DNA of 64,000 nucleotides from Candidatus Aenigmatarchaeota archaeon (lineage in GTDB: Archaea; Aenigmatarchaeota; Aenigmatarchaeia; JACPZZ01), in the NCBI GenBank assembly GCA_016180965.1, contig JACPAF010000001.1, forward strand, positions 109,860 to 173,859, in the 5' to 3' direction. Shown one piece after another: positions 35,811-44,038 of the stretch (position 1 is the first letter of the stretch; every line of letters begins with the position of its first letter). Below the pieces are notes generated by a model. That model saw nothing but the letters and a program-made list of their open reading frames with translations. It ran no database searches and was not told the origin of the DNA. The position numbers and the translations under genes were made by a program.

Positions 35811-36491
35811 ATGAATATTCTTGTGGTTGCGGATGTGCACGGCGATTTTGAATCTCTTTCCGATGTGTTACAAAAAATAAATTTTGGCGTCGACGTGGTT
35901 GTTTGCCCGGGCGATTTTACGGACATCGGACTGTCGCTGATGGGGTTTTCGCGGGAGGACATGATGCATCTGGTGTTAGACGAGCTTTTGGGACTGAAAA
36001 GGCCGGTTTTGGCTGTGCCCGGCAACCACGACCCCCCAGAGACGCATAAGATACTAAACGATTACGGGGTAAACCTTCATGGAACAGGCAGGATCATCGA
36101 CGGGATCGGTTTTTTTGGTTTTGGTGGCGCGAAAACACCCTTTGCGACCCCGTTTGAACCGAGCGAAGAGGAAACGAACACCGGATTAAAAAAAGGATTC
36201 GACTTGGTTGCGGGCACGAAACATAAAATTATGATTACACACAACCCCGCTAAAAACACAAAGTTGGACCGTGTCAGCACGGGCGCGCATGTGGGCTCTT
36301 CCGCTGTGCGGGATTTTATAATTAAAAACAAACCCGACGCGTCGATAAGCGCGCACATACACGAAGCTGTCGGCGTAGACGAGCTAAACGGGACGAAACT
36401 ACTTTACCCCGGACCGGTTTCTGGCGGTTGGGTTGGTTTGTTGTCGGTAGGCGATAAAACCGATGTTAAAATTCTTAACCTAAAACAGTGA
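35811..36491 (+). CDS. Calcineurin-like metallophosphoesterase
   Basis: VVADVHGD, CPGDFTD, VPGNHD, ITHNP, SAHIHE. Confidence 0.85.
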   Translation: MNILVVADVHGDFESLSDVLQKINFGVDVVVCPGDFTDIGLSLMGFSREDMMHLVLDELLGLKRPVLAVPGNHDPPETHKILNDYGVNLHGTGRIIDGIGFFGFGGAKTPFATPFEPSEEETNTGLKKGFDLVAGTKHKIMITHNPAKNTKLDRVSTGAHVGSSAVRDFIIKNKPDASISAHIHEAVGVDELNGTKLLYPGPVSGGWVGLLSVGDKTDVKILNLKQ

Positions 36492-36544
36492 CCCCATGGG
36501 TTCGTGTGCAACTCTTCTTTTCGTTTTTTTTGTTTTGGTTGTTG

Positions 36545-36597
36545 TTATATTATATAATATAATTATATTAAATATATAATAATATAGATAATATCAT
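36545..36597. promoter_or_regulatory. Extreme AT tract (candidate DNA-unwinding element or strong promoter)
   Basis: 53 nt containing only two G/C, including 42 consecutive A/T. It lies 470 nt upstream of cdc6. Confidence 0.4.
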
Positions 36598-37008
36598 ATG
36601 AAAATTAAACACCGCAACCAAGATTTCATGATAGCTAAAAACCACGTTAGCTTACAGATGTTGTTGCGGGGTTGGATTATACAGGATTTGTTTTTTGAGG
36701 GTGGGCCGGACCTGATAGCGGCAAAAAAACATGATATGATTAGGATCAAGGTTAGATACGCAACCGCGGGCGACGGCGGACATGTGTTTTCCGCGGGCGG
36801 CTTGCAAGAAAAAATTTTTTTTGAGGTGTGTGAGGGGAGCGATTTACTGGTTTTGGTCTGTATGGACGATGATAAAAACGCGTCGGGTTTCTACATTTTT
36901 AACCGAGACGAATCACCGAAAGCAAAAACTTTCCTGCACCCGCCAAAGGGACCGTTTCCTAAGTATAGGGGGTTTTATAACAACTGGAAACCCTTGCAGT
37001 GGAAATGA
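36598..37008 (+). CDS. Hjc-like PD-(D/E)xK-fold protein with a substituted catalytic motif
   Basis: GGPDLIAAKKHDMIRIKVRY parallels Hjc SPDIIAAKKGAIFAFECKF from the same window, but the ExK position reads KVR. Confidence 0.5.
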   Translation: MKIKHRNQDFMIAKNHVSLQMLLRGWIIQDLFFEGGPDLIAAKKHDMIRIKVRYATAGDGGHVFSAGGLQEKIFFEVCEGSDLLVLVCMDDDKNASGFYIFNRDESPKAKTFLHPPKGPFPKYRGFYNNWKPLQWK

Positions 37009-37068
37009 TGGGGTGTGTGTTCGGGGTTAATGTTATATACCAACAATTCAAATGAAATGTTGGTACTC

Positions 37069-38271
37069 ATGTCCCAGTCTTCTTTGCAAAAAATATTTTC
37101 CGGTTACCTTAAAAACGCGAAAATTTTTGTCTCGAAGGAGCCAATGGCGTCATCTTACGACCCGGTAAACATTGCACATCGCGACAAGCAGATGGAAATG
37201 GTCGCTTCTATACTGGCTCCCTGCCTTCGTAATGAGAAACCATCGAATACGTTTGTTTATGGTAAAACGGGAACCGGTAAAACGCTGTGCGTTAAACACG
37301 TTACGGCCGAGTTGGTTAAAACCGCGGAAGAAAACGGAATACAAATGAAGGTCGTTTTTATCAACTGTAAGATGAAGAAGGTTGCGGACACCGAATACCG
37401 TGTGCTTGCCCAACTTTGCAAAGAATTTGGTTACAGTGTGCCCGCGACTGGGTTGCCAACAAACAGACTTTACGAGATATTTTATGAGAGCTTGGATTCT
37501 CAAAAACAAAACGTTTTGTTGGTCCTCGACGAGATTGACGCGTTGGTTTCAAAGGTCGGCGATAATATATTGTATAACTTAACACGGGTTAACCAGGATC
37601 TCGCCAACGCCAAATTAACCCTTATCGGGGTCACGAACGACCTTTCTTTTTCGGAGGCGCTGGATCCCAGGGTCAAGTCTTCTTTGAACGAGGAGGAAAT
37701 TGTTTTCCCGCCTTACAATGCCCTGGAACTGCGCGACATACTCAGCGAACGGGCCAAGCTGGCATTCGTGACGACCGGGTTAAAAGACGGAGTTATACAA
37801 AAATGCGCCGCTCTTGCAGCACAGGAACACGGGGACGCGAGGCGAGCTCTGGATCTTTTGCGGGTGGCCGGCGAAATCGCGGAAAGGAATGGAGACCTGT
37901 CATTGGAAGAGGCGCATGTCGATAGGGCGCAGGAAAAAATAAACGCCGACCGCGTGCTTGAGACTGTGCGCACCCAGCCCAGACAGTCCCAGGCTATACT
38001 GTGGTCCATTGCCAATAACCAGGACCAAAACCTAACTACGGGCGAAACCTATGAAAGGTACAAAGCGGTTTGCAAGAAGCGGGGCTTGGAAATTCTGGGC
38101 CCCCGCCGCGCTTCGGATCTCATATCCGAGCTTGGCATGCTCGGAATTTTGTCTGTCCATACAACATCAAAGGGCCGGCACGGGCGCACCAAGGAAATTA
38201 ATTTGATGTTGTCGAAACATACGCGAGAAAATATAGTTGAAATGCTGAAAAAAGATTTCTATTTCGAGTAG
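37069..38271 (+). CDS. cdc6: Orc1/Cdc6 replication initiator
   Basis: Walker A GKTGTGKT, Walker B LLVLDEIDAL, LIGVTND, GDARRALDLLRVAGEIAE, and a C-terminal winged helix. Confidence 0.95.
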   Translation: MSQSSLQKIFSGYLKNAKIFVSKEPMASSYDPVNIAHRDKQMEMVASILAPCLRNEKPSNTFVYGKTGTGKTLCVKHVTAELVKTAEENGIQMKVVFINCKMKKVADTEYRVLAQLCKEFGYSVPATGLPTNRLYEIFYESLDSQKQNVLLVLDEIDALVSKVGDNILYNLTRVNQDLANAKLTLIGVTNDLSFSEALDPRVKSSLNEEEIVFPPYNALELRDILSERAKLAFVTTGLKDGVIQKCAALAAQEHGDARRALDLLRVAGEIAERNGDLSLEEAHVDRAQEKINADRVLETVRTQPRQSQAILWSIANNQDQNLTTGETYERYKAVCKKRGLEILGPRRASDLISELGMLGILSVHTTSKGRHGRTKEINLMLSKHTRENIVEMLKKDFYFE

Positions 38272-38278
38272 TGTTTTT

Positions 38279-39301
38279 ATGAACAAGTTGCTGTTGGCTA
38301 AATTTTTAGATAAGGGAATAATGGTATCCCCGTCAATCGCCGGCGAGTTAACGGAAGACGACTACGAAAAAACAGTTTCTGGCTCCATACCCGCGCTGTT
38401 GGACGAGACCACACTGCAAAACATACGCGTCAAATCAGACTTAATTGTAATACCATCAAAGATTGTTAAAACGGAAATCGAGGCCAAAGATTTTTTGGAA
38501 TATTATAAAAATAAAATCAGAGTGCTGGGCGAAGTTATAATCCGGGGCTTGGAGGAAAAGCCGGTTTCGATAAATAAAATGCGGCCCGGCCAGCGAAATG
38601 TAACATTGGGCATCGTACGGGAGCCGGGCCAGGATATGTTTTATCTCGAGGATCTGACGGGAAGATGCGAGGTGCGCACCAACTCGCATAATATCAAAGA
38701 AGACGATGTGTTGGCCGTGTCCGGGGTTTTTTCAGGGAAATCCGTGTTAGCGGAGGAAATAATTTATCCCGAGCTTCCGATAAAACGCGACATAACCAGA
38801 ACAACCTCCCAGGCGTCGTTTTATTTCGGGGCGTCTTCGGACGCGCAGAAAGAGGAGATAAACGAAATCGCGAAACGCGGCGATGCGCAAATTTTCCTTT
38901 CGAATAAAGACGATGCGCGAAAAATTACAATCATGATTTTACACGACGGAGCGGCCACATCTCGGGACGTGAGCGGCCCGGCCAAGATATTTTCCTCCAT
39001 ACACGGTGTGAGATTCAAATTGCAATTCCTTCCGGTACAATCGGCAGGCAACATAGAGGAATCTGCCAGGTTTTTTTCGAAGAGGCGTTATGCGGTGTCG
39101 GGCGCGATTTTGCCAGCATTCAGCGAGGATTTAAATTTTATCGACGACGATACGGACTTTGTCTTCTTCGGTGATTCCGGCTCCACACAGTTTACAAATC
39201 ATAAGGGAAGGTCGTTTGTGTCGGTTTCCAGCGGGTTTGTGGAGGCGGACTTGAACACGCGAAATATAAAATCCTGGCATTTAAATCGAGCCGGACGATA
39301 A
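38279..39301 (+). CDS. DP1-like (PolD small subunit / B-subunit family) protein with a shortened, degenerate phosphoesterase domain
   Basis: DP1-type N-terminus (LLLAKFLDKGIMVSPS). OB fold (VTLGIVRE...FYLEDLTGRCEV...DDVLAVSGVF...IIYPELP). The PDE motif positions read FGASSDAQ, ILHDGAA and FFGDSGS instead of DIHVGS, GNHDA and GHVH. It is 340 aa versus the ~600 aa I recall for Pyrococcus DP1. Confidence 0.75.
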   Translation: MNKLLLAKFLDKGIMVSPSIAGELTEDDYEKTVSGSIPALLDETTLQNIRVKSDLIVIPSKIVKTEIEAKDFLEYYKNKIRVLGEVIIRGLEEKPVSINKMRPGQRNVTLGIVREPGQDMFYLEDLTGRCEVRTNSHNIKEDDVLAVSGVFSGKSVLAEEIIYPELPIKRDITRTTSQASFYFGASSDAQKEEINEIAKRGDAQIFLSNKDDARKITIMILHDGAATSRDVSGPAKIFSSIHGVRFKLQFLPVQSAGNIEESARFFSKRRYAVSGAILPAFSEDLNFIDDDTDFVFFGDSGSTQFTNHKGRSFVSVSSGFVEADLNTRNIKSWHLNRAGR

Positions 39302-39315
39302 TACAGTGGTTGCTT

Positions 39316-41988
39316 ATGAAGATGCAAGTCCTAGATGCGGATTATGTCATTATCGAAGACCGTCCAATAGTAAGGATGTTCGGCCGGGACGAAAATAATA
39401 AAACGGCCTGCGGTTTTGTGAAAGGATATTTCCCGTATTTTTATATGCTTGCGCGGGATGGTAAAATACAAGACATGGAAAAGTTTGTTTCTTCCAAACA
39501 GGACGTCATCAAATGCGAGCGTGTAATGAAAAAACTCCCCAGAGGTTTCTCCAAAGATCCGACTGAGATGTTGAAAGTTACCCTAAGAAATCCGCAGAAA
39601 GTTTCCGAGCTGCGAGATTTGATGAAAACACACCCGCAGGTCGAGGAGATTTTTGAAGCCGACATACTTTTCAAATACCGTTTCATGGCCGATTATTCCA
39701 TCAGCGGGATGGGTTGGGTCGACACGGAATGCGCAGACATAAACACCCATACCGTGAAAACCGAACGCACGGTAAATGTAACAAAAATAAAACCAACAGA
39801 CCAACCCGCGAGCGTTCAAACTAAATACATGGCAGTAGATATAGAAACGCTTTCCAAGTCCGGAGGACTTCCAAACCCAAGCGAAGACGACATAATCATA
39901 ATCAGCCTTGCGTTCTATCCTGAACACCGAGGAAATAAATCGATGGTTCTTACAATACGCGGTGCGAACACAGACAGCGTGATTAGGTGCTTGGACGAAA
40001 CAGAAATGCTCACGAAGATGGCCGGCATCATAGACGATTATGACCCGGACGTGATTACGGGATTCAACATAAACAATTTCGACTTGCCTTTCATTTTAAA
40101 ACGCATGGAAATGTTGAAATTGCCGCGTACCATCGGAAGATGCAACGATAAACAGGCGTATACCAAAGAAATTGTGAAAAACCGGGTTCGCGCAAGCGTT
40201 CCGGGCCGCGTGGTCGCGGACAGTTACCAGTTGATAAAAAAGAATTTTCTTTTCAAACGATACGGACTCATGGATGTTTCGAGAATTTTGTTGAATCAGG
40301 AAAAATTAGACGTTGCACACTCGGAGATATCCAAGCTGTGGAATAGCGGGGATAAGGATAAAATATCCAGGCTGATCGATTACGCACGGAAGGACGCAGA
40401 ACTTGCGCTGGATCTAGTCGTTAAAAAACAGCTGCTCGACAAATATATCGAATTATCCAAACTTAGCGGCGTGCTTCTCCAGGACAGTCTTGATGGAGGC
40501 GAGGCCGGGCGCGTCGAAAATCTTCTGTTGCGAGAATTCAACAAGAAAAATTTCGTGGTTCCATGCAGGCCGGAATCTTCTGACATAAGGAAAAAGGAGC
40601 AGGAAAAAGAGGACAACGGGCTGAAGGGCGGGTTTGTGTTAACACCGAAAGTTGGGCTGCATTCTGACGGCTTGATAGTTGTTTTGGATTTCCGCAGCAT
40701 GTACCCGTCCATATTCAGGAGTTACAACATTTGTCCAACCACGATTGTAAAAGGAAACATCGACGGGGTCGAGACAATTAAAACCCCGGAAGGCCACACG
40801 TTCGTTTCCAAGGATGTACAGGAGGGGATAATCCCAAATATACTTGGAAACCTCCTTGAAGAGCGCGCCAAGATAAAAAAATCGATGAGGCAGGAAACGG
40901 ACGAGGAAAAACGCAGGATATTGGACGCCAAACAGCTTGCGACCAAGATTTTGGCAAATTCATTTTACGGTTATACGGGGTACACGAAAGCAAAGTTATA
41001 CATATTGGACATAGCCAACGCAATCACGTCGTGCGGCCGTTATTTGATACAAACCGTGACCAAGACGGTTGAAAGCAAACTCGGATACCAAGCCGTTTAC
41101 GGGGACACGGATTCTATAATGGTAAAAATTCCCGAGACGGATTTAGAGCGCGGGTGGGATAAGGGAACGGAAATAATGAATACGATAAATAGCGAACTTT
41201 CCGGGGCCATGCAGATGGAATTTGAAAAGCTGTTTAAAAGCTTTTTGATACTCACCAAAAAAAGGTACGCGGCCTGGAAGTTTGTAAAAGAAAACGGAAA
41301 ATGGAAGGACAAAATAGAAATGAAGGGCATCGAGACTGTACGAAGAGACTGGTGCGAATTGGTTTCCGACACGATGAATAAGACTATAGACATAATACTG
41401 AAGAAAGGCGACACGAAAGAAGCGCTGTCTTATTTCAACGGTGTCATGAAGGATCTCGCAGAAAACAAAATTCCCATAGAAAAGCTGGTAATAACGAAAA
41501 GCATAACGAAAAGCCCATCGAACTATGCGGGCATGCAGCCTCATATAGAATTGGCAAAAAAAATGGCCAAGAGAAATTCACAAGACGCGCCCGGAGTTGG
41601 AGATAGGATAGGTTATGTCATAACCAAAGGAAACCAACTGCTTTCTAAACGAACCGAGGATCCGGCTTATGTAAAAGAAAAACGGCTCGAAATAGACCAC
41701 GTTTATTATGTGGAAAACCAAATGCTTCCGCCGATCGAGCGTATATTCACGGCGTTGGGATTCAGTAAATCCGAGCTCCTGGGAAAGGGACGACAGTCCT
41801 CGCTAATGGAAATGATGAAATCCAAACAAACAAAAAGCAACGTATTCGAGGGTTTTGTGTGTGCGGGGTGCGGGAACGAATATTCAGCTTCGCCACTAAC
41901 CGGGCTGTGCCAGTGCGGCGGTAAAATACAAATACGAACGCCAACAGGCGCGACGGAAAAAATCACGGTCCAGGCTGGTAACGTATGA
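39316..41988 (+). CDS. polB: Family-B DNA polymerase with a C-terminal Cys4 zinc-ribbon extension
   Basis: Exo I DIETLS, Exo II FNINNFDLPF, Exo III YARKDA, motif A LDFRSMYPSI, motif B KILANSFYGY, motif C VYGDTDS, KKRYA. There is extra C-terminal CAGC-x12-CQC at 41860-41916. Confidence 0.95.
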   Translation: MKMQVLDADYVIIEDRPIVRMFGRDENNKTACGFVKGYFPYFYMLARDGKIQDMEKFVSSKQDVIKCERVMKKLPRGFSKDPTEMLKVTLRNPQKVSELRDLMKTHPQVEEIFEADILFKYRFMADYSISGMGWVDTECADINTHTVKTERTVNVTKIKPTDQPASVQTKYMAVDIETLSKSGGLPNPSEDDIIIISLAFYPEHRGNKSMVLTIRGANTDSVIRCLDETEMLTKMAGIIDDYDPDVITGFNINNFDLPFILKRMEMLKLPRTIGRCNDKQAYTKEIVKNRVRASVPGRVVADSYQLIKKNFLFKRYGLMDVSRILLNQEKLDVAHSEISKLWNSGDKDKISRLIDYARKDAELALDLVVKKQLLDKYIELSKLSGVLLQDSLDGGEAGRVENLLLREFNKKNFVVPCRPESSDIRKKEQEKEDNGLKGGFVLTPKVGLHSDGLIVVLDFRSMYPSIFRSYNICPTTIVKGNIDGVETIKTPEGHTFVSKDVQEGIIPNILGNLLEERAKIKKSMRQETDEEKRRILDAKQLATKILANSFYGYTGYTKAKLYILDIANAITSCGRYLIQTVTKTVESKLGYQAVYGDTDSIMVKIPETDLERGWDKGTEIMNTINSELSGAMQMEFEKLFKSFLILTKKRYAAWKFVKENGKWKDKIEMKGIETVRRDWCELVSDTMNKTIDIILKKGDTKEALSYFNGVMKDLAENKIPIEKLVITKSITKSPSNYAGMQPHIELAKKMAKRNSQDAPGVGDRIGYVITKGNQLLSKRTEDPAYVKEKRLEIDHVYYVENQMLPPIERIFTALGFSKSELLGKGRQSSLMEMMKSKQTKSNVFEGFVCAGCGNEYSASPLTGLCQCGGKIQIRTPTGATEKITVQAGNV

Positions 41989-42452
41989 TATTGGAGTCCA
42001 CGATGATTGACATCATTGGACGCTTTGATGTGTTCAATGCGGCGTTCTTTATGGAATTCATCAGCGCCATAGCATTTCCAGTTTTCACCGTAAGTATAGC
42101 TTTCATGAAAGGGGGGCAGGCAAAAATAGACGCGGCCGCACTCCTGTTGACGACGGTTTCATTTTCTATATTTTTCCAGAATTTTTTCGCCCGGCCCAGA
42201 CCCGCCGGGGCGATTAACCACGCGGAAAGCCCGTATTCTTTTCCGTCGACACACAGCTCTTCTGCTTTCGCTTGGGCCGAGTTTATGGGAATAAAATACG
42301 TCCGATACAAATTGTTGTTTTTTGCGTTTGCGGCGTTAGTTGCTGTTTCCAGGGTTTACATCGGCGTTCATTACCCAGTCGATGTGATAACGGGCGCGAT
42401 TTTGGGGTGGTTTATAGGAAAAATTATTACCAGAGCCGAACGCGAATTTTAA
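41985..42452 (+). CDS. PAP2-family phosphatase (phosphatidic acid / undecaprenyl-PP phosphatase-like)
   Basis: SFPSTHSS and SRVYIGVHYPVDV motifs, multiple TM helices, and an ATGA overlap with the polB stop. Confidence 0.8.
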   Translation: MILESTMIDIIGRFDVFNAAFFMEFISAIAFPVFTVSIAFMKGGQAKIDAAALLLTTVSFSIFFQNFFARPRPAGAINHAESPYSFPSTHSSSAFAWAEFMGIKYVRYKLLFFAFAALVAVSRVYIGVHYPVDVITGAILGWFIGKIITRAEREF

Positions 42453-42463
42453 TGTTTTTAACC

Positions 42464-43081
42464 TTAGTTGACTGATACCACGCCCATGATGATTTTTATT
42501 GATTCTTTTTTGCTTGTGCGTAATTTGATCCGTTCTGCGAACGTTTTGAGCCTCCAATCTCCCCTGATTGTTAAATAACTCAACCCGCCTTTCGTTGTAC
42601 GCAAATTTGATTCTATACCTTCGAGTAGCAGCAGTTTTTTGATTTCGACCAATCCTGCTGTATTGACGGACGTGGCGCGCAAATACCTGTAACCACTGCC
42701 AGAGATTGAAAATTTTTCACGGTTAAAGTATACATACGACGCGGTGTCGAAAAAACCTGCCAATAACCCGGATCGGAATTCCGGATTATCGTAAGATATC
42801 TTAGGCGGTAACCAAGACCTCCGGGTCGGAAAGAATCCGATGTTGTCAAAAATCGAAACGAGTTCTTTGCCGTAGGCATTTACTATAAAATATCTTTTGT
42901 CATCTATAGCTTTCTTCCTTGTTAGTGTTTCGAAGCCCCGTATTGCCCGCAAAGACTCGGCGAAATGTTCGGCTAAAATGCCGTTATTGGTCTGAAGACC
43001 AACACAGTAATTGCGGCCGTGTTTAATGAAGCCGCTCCCGCAAAGCACACCGCACGCATACCCTAAAGTTTCGTGATCCAT
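42464..43081 (-). CDS. Free-standing double-motif LAGLIDADG-fold protein with both catalytic acidic positions substituted
   Basis: Motif 1 is LGYACGVLCGSGF and motif 2 is LLAGFFDTASYV. The overall block order resembles I-DmoI (NYCVGLQ, RYFIVNAYGKEL, YLRATSVN, GLSYLTIRG). Confidence 0.7.
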   Translation of the reverse strand: MDHETLGYACGVLCGSGFIKHGRNYCVGLQTNNGILAEHFAESLRAIRGFETLTRKKAIDDKRYFIVNAYGKELVSIFDNIGFFPTRRSWLPPKISYDNPEFRSGLLAGFFDTASYVYFNREKFSISGSGYRYLRATSVNTAGLVEIKKLLLLEGIESNLRTTKGGLSYLTIRGDWRLKTFAERIKLRTSKKESIKIIMGVVSVN

Positions 43082-43134
43082 GTTGTTGATTGGTTGGGGT
43101 TATATTAATTCACCTTAGATTAACCTCCCTGCTA

Positions 43135-43230
43135 TTTCACGTGGAGTAACACGCGGTAACGCAACTTCACCCTGAGGGTAACATGAAATCACGCGACTAT
43201 TAACGATTTAAGCCAGTTTCGTGAAGTTAA
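43135..43230. promoter_or_regulatory. Second cluster of the CGTGAAG/GTAACG word family
   Basis: TTTCACGTGGAG (43135-43146). GGTAACGCAA (43155-43164) is identical to 29199-29208. CGTGAAGTTAA (43220-43230) is identical to 29086-29096. The cluster lies in the divergent spacer between the LAGLIDADG-like gene and nac. Confidence 0.6.
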
Positions 43231-43234
43231 TTTC

Positions 43235-43546
43235 ATGTTTAACCCGCGTGACCTCGAAAAGATGATGAAAAACATGAAGATGGAGCAAATCGAGGCGGAC
43301 GAGGTTCTGATTAAGGCTGGAAATAACACTATACACATCACTAACCCACAGGTTGTGAAATCGGAGATGATGGGCAAAATCACGTATCAGGTTACCGGGG
43401 ATATAGAAGAGGAAAATGGCGGTTCTGATATAGATATTATAGTTCAGAAGACTGGTGTTTCACGGGAAGATGCATCGAAAGCTTTGGAGGAGACGGGCGA
43501 TATAGTAGCTGCTATAATGAAAATAGAGTCTGACAAAAAACAATAA
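43235..43546 (+). CDS. nac: Nascent polypeptide-associated complex protein (NAC alpha, with UBA domain)
   Basis: MFNPRDLEKMMKNMKM..., a NAC beta-barrel, and a C-terminal UBA-like VSREDASKALEETGDIVAAIM. Confidence 0.9.
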   Translation: MFNPRDLEKMMKNMKMEQIEADEVLIKAGNNTIHITNPQVVKSEMMGKITYQVTGDIEEENGGSDIDIIVQKTGVSREDASKALEETGDIVAAIMKIESDKKQ

Positions 43547-43784
43547 ATTTTTTATTTTTGTTAAGGTTTGTTCTGAAATCAGTTACTACTAGTATATAGT
43601 TAATAATAGAAATGGTTAAATAGTGACTTGCTGCATTAACTGTGGTACCATGTTAAAGGAATTTAGACAATGGTTGTACGAGATTGGGCACGCTTTTGCG
43701 GTTTAGTTGGGCGGTCGTATTCGTGTCCGTAGTAAAAAATGTCAATGACCGGCCGATCGGAAAACAAGTTCTGAAAAATTAGCT

Positions 43785-43834
43785 GGGTGCGCGGCGTTTT
43801 TGGCTGGCTAAGCTAAAAGGAAGCCGCCACACCC
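43785..43834. ncRNA. Imperfect long hairpin inside a ~490-bp ORF-free region (candidate structured RNA; identity unknown)
   Basis: GGGUG-C-GCGGC ... GCCGC-CA-CACCC encloses an inner UUUU..GCU/AGC.AAAA stem. No ORF of 60 aa or more occurs in any frame across 43547-44035. Confidence 0.25.
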
Positions 43835-44038
43835 ATCTCAATTCCTGTTAGGTGGAATACGCAAATATTCTTCAAAGATCGACTCGAGAGGTCTTCATAC
43901 TCCACTTGGGATTAATTAAAATACATGGGTTAAAAGCATAATGCGTTTTTATCTGCGTATTCGCGCATAGATTATAAACATAAATTAAAAAAAATTACTT
44001 TTAAATACGGAACCTGTCAATACATACTGGACGATTTG

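Noticed and set aside
36598-38271. The in-frame relationship of the 136-aa ORF and cdc6 (a TGA at 37006 separates them) as a readthrough fusion
   Set aside because: The Cdc6 homology begins well downstream (ATG at 37069) and the upstream protein is an unrelated fold. The shared frame has a one-in-three chance expectation.
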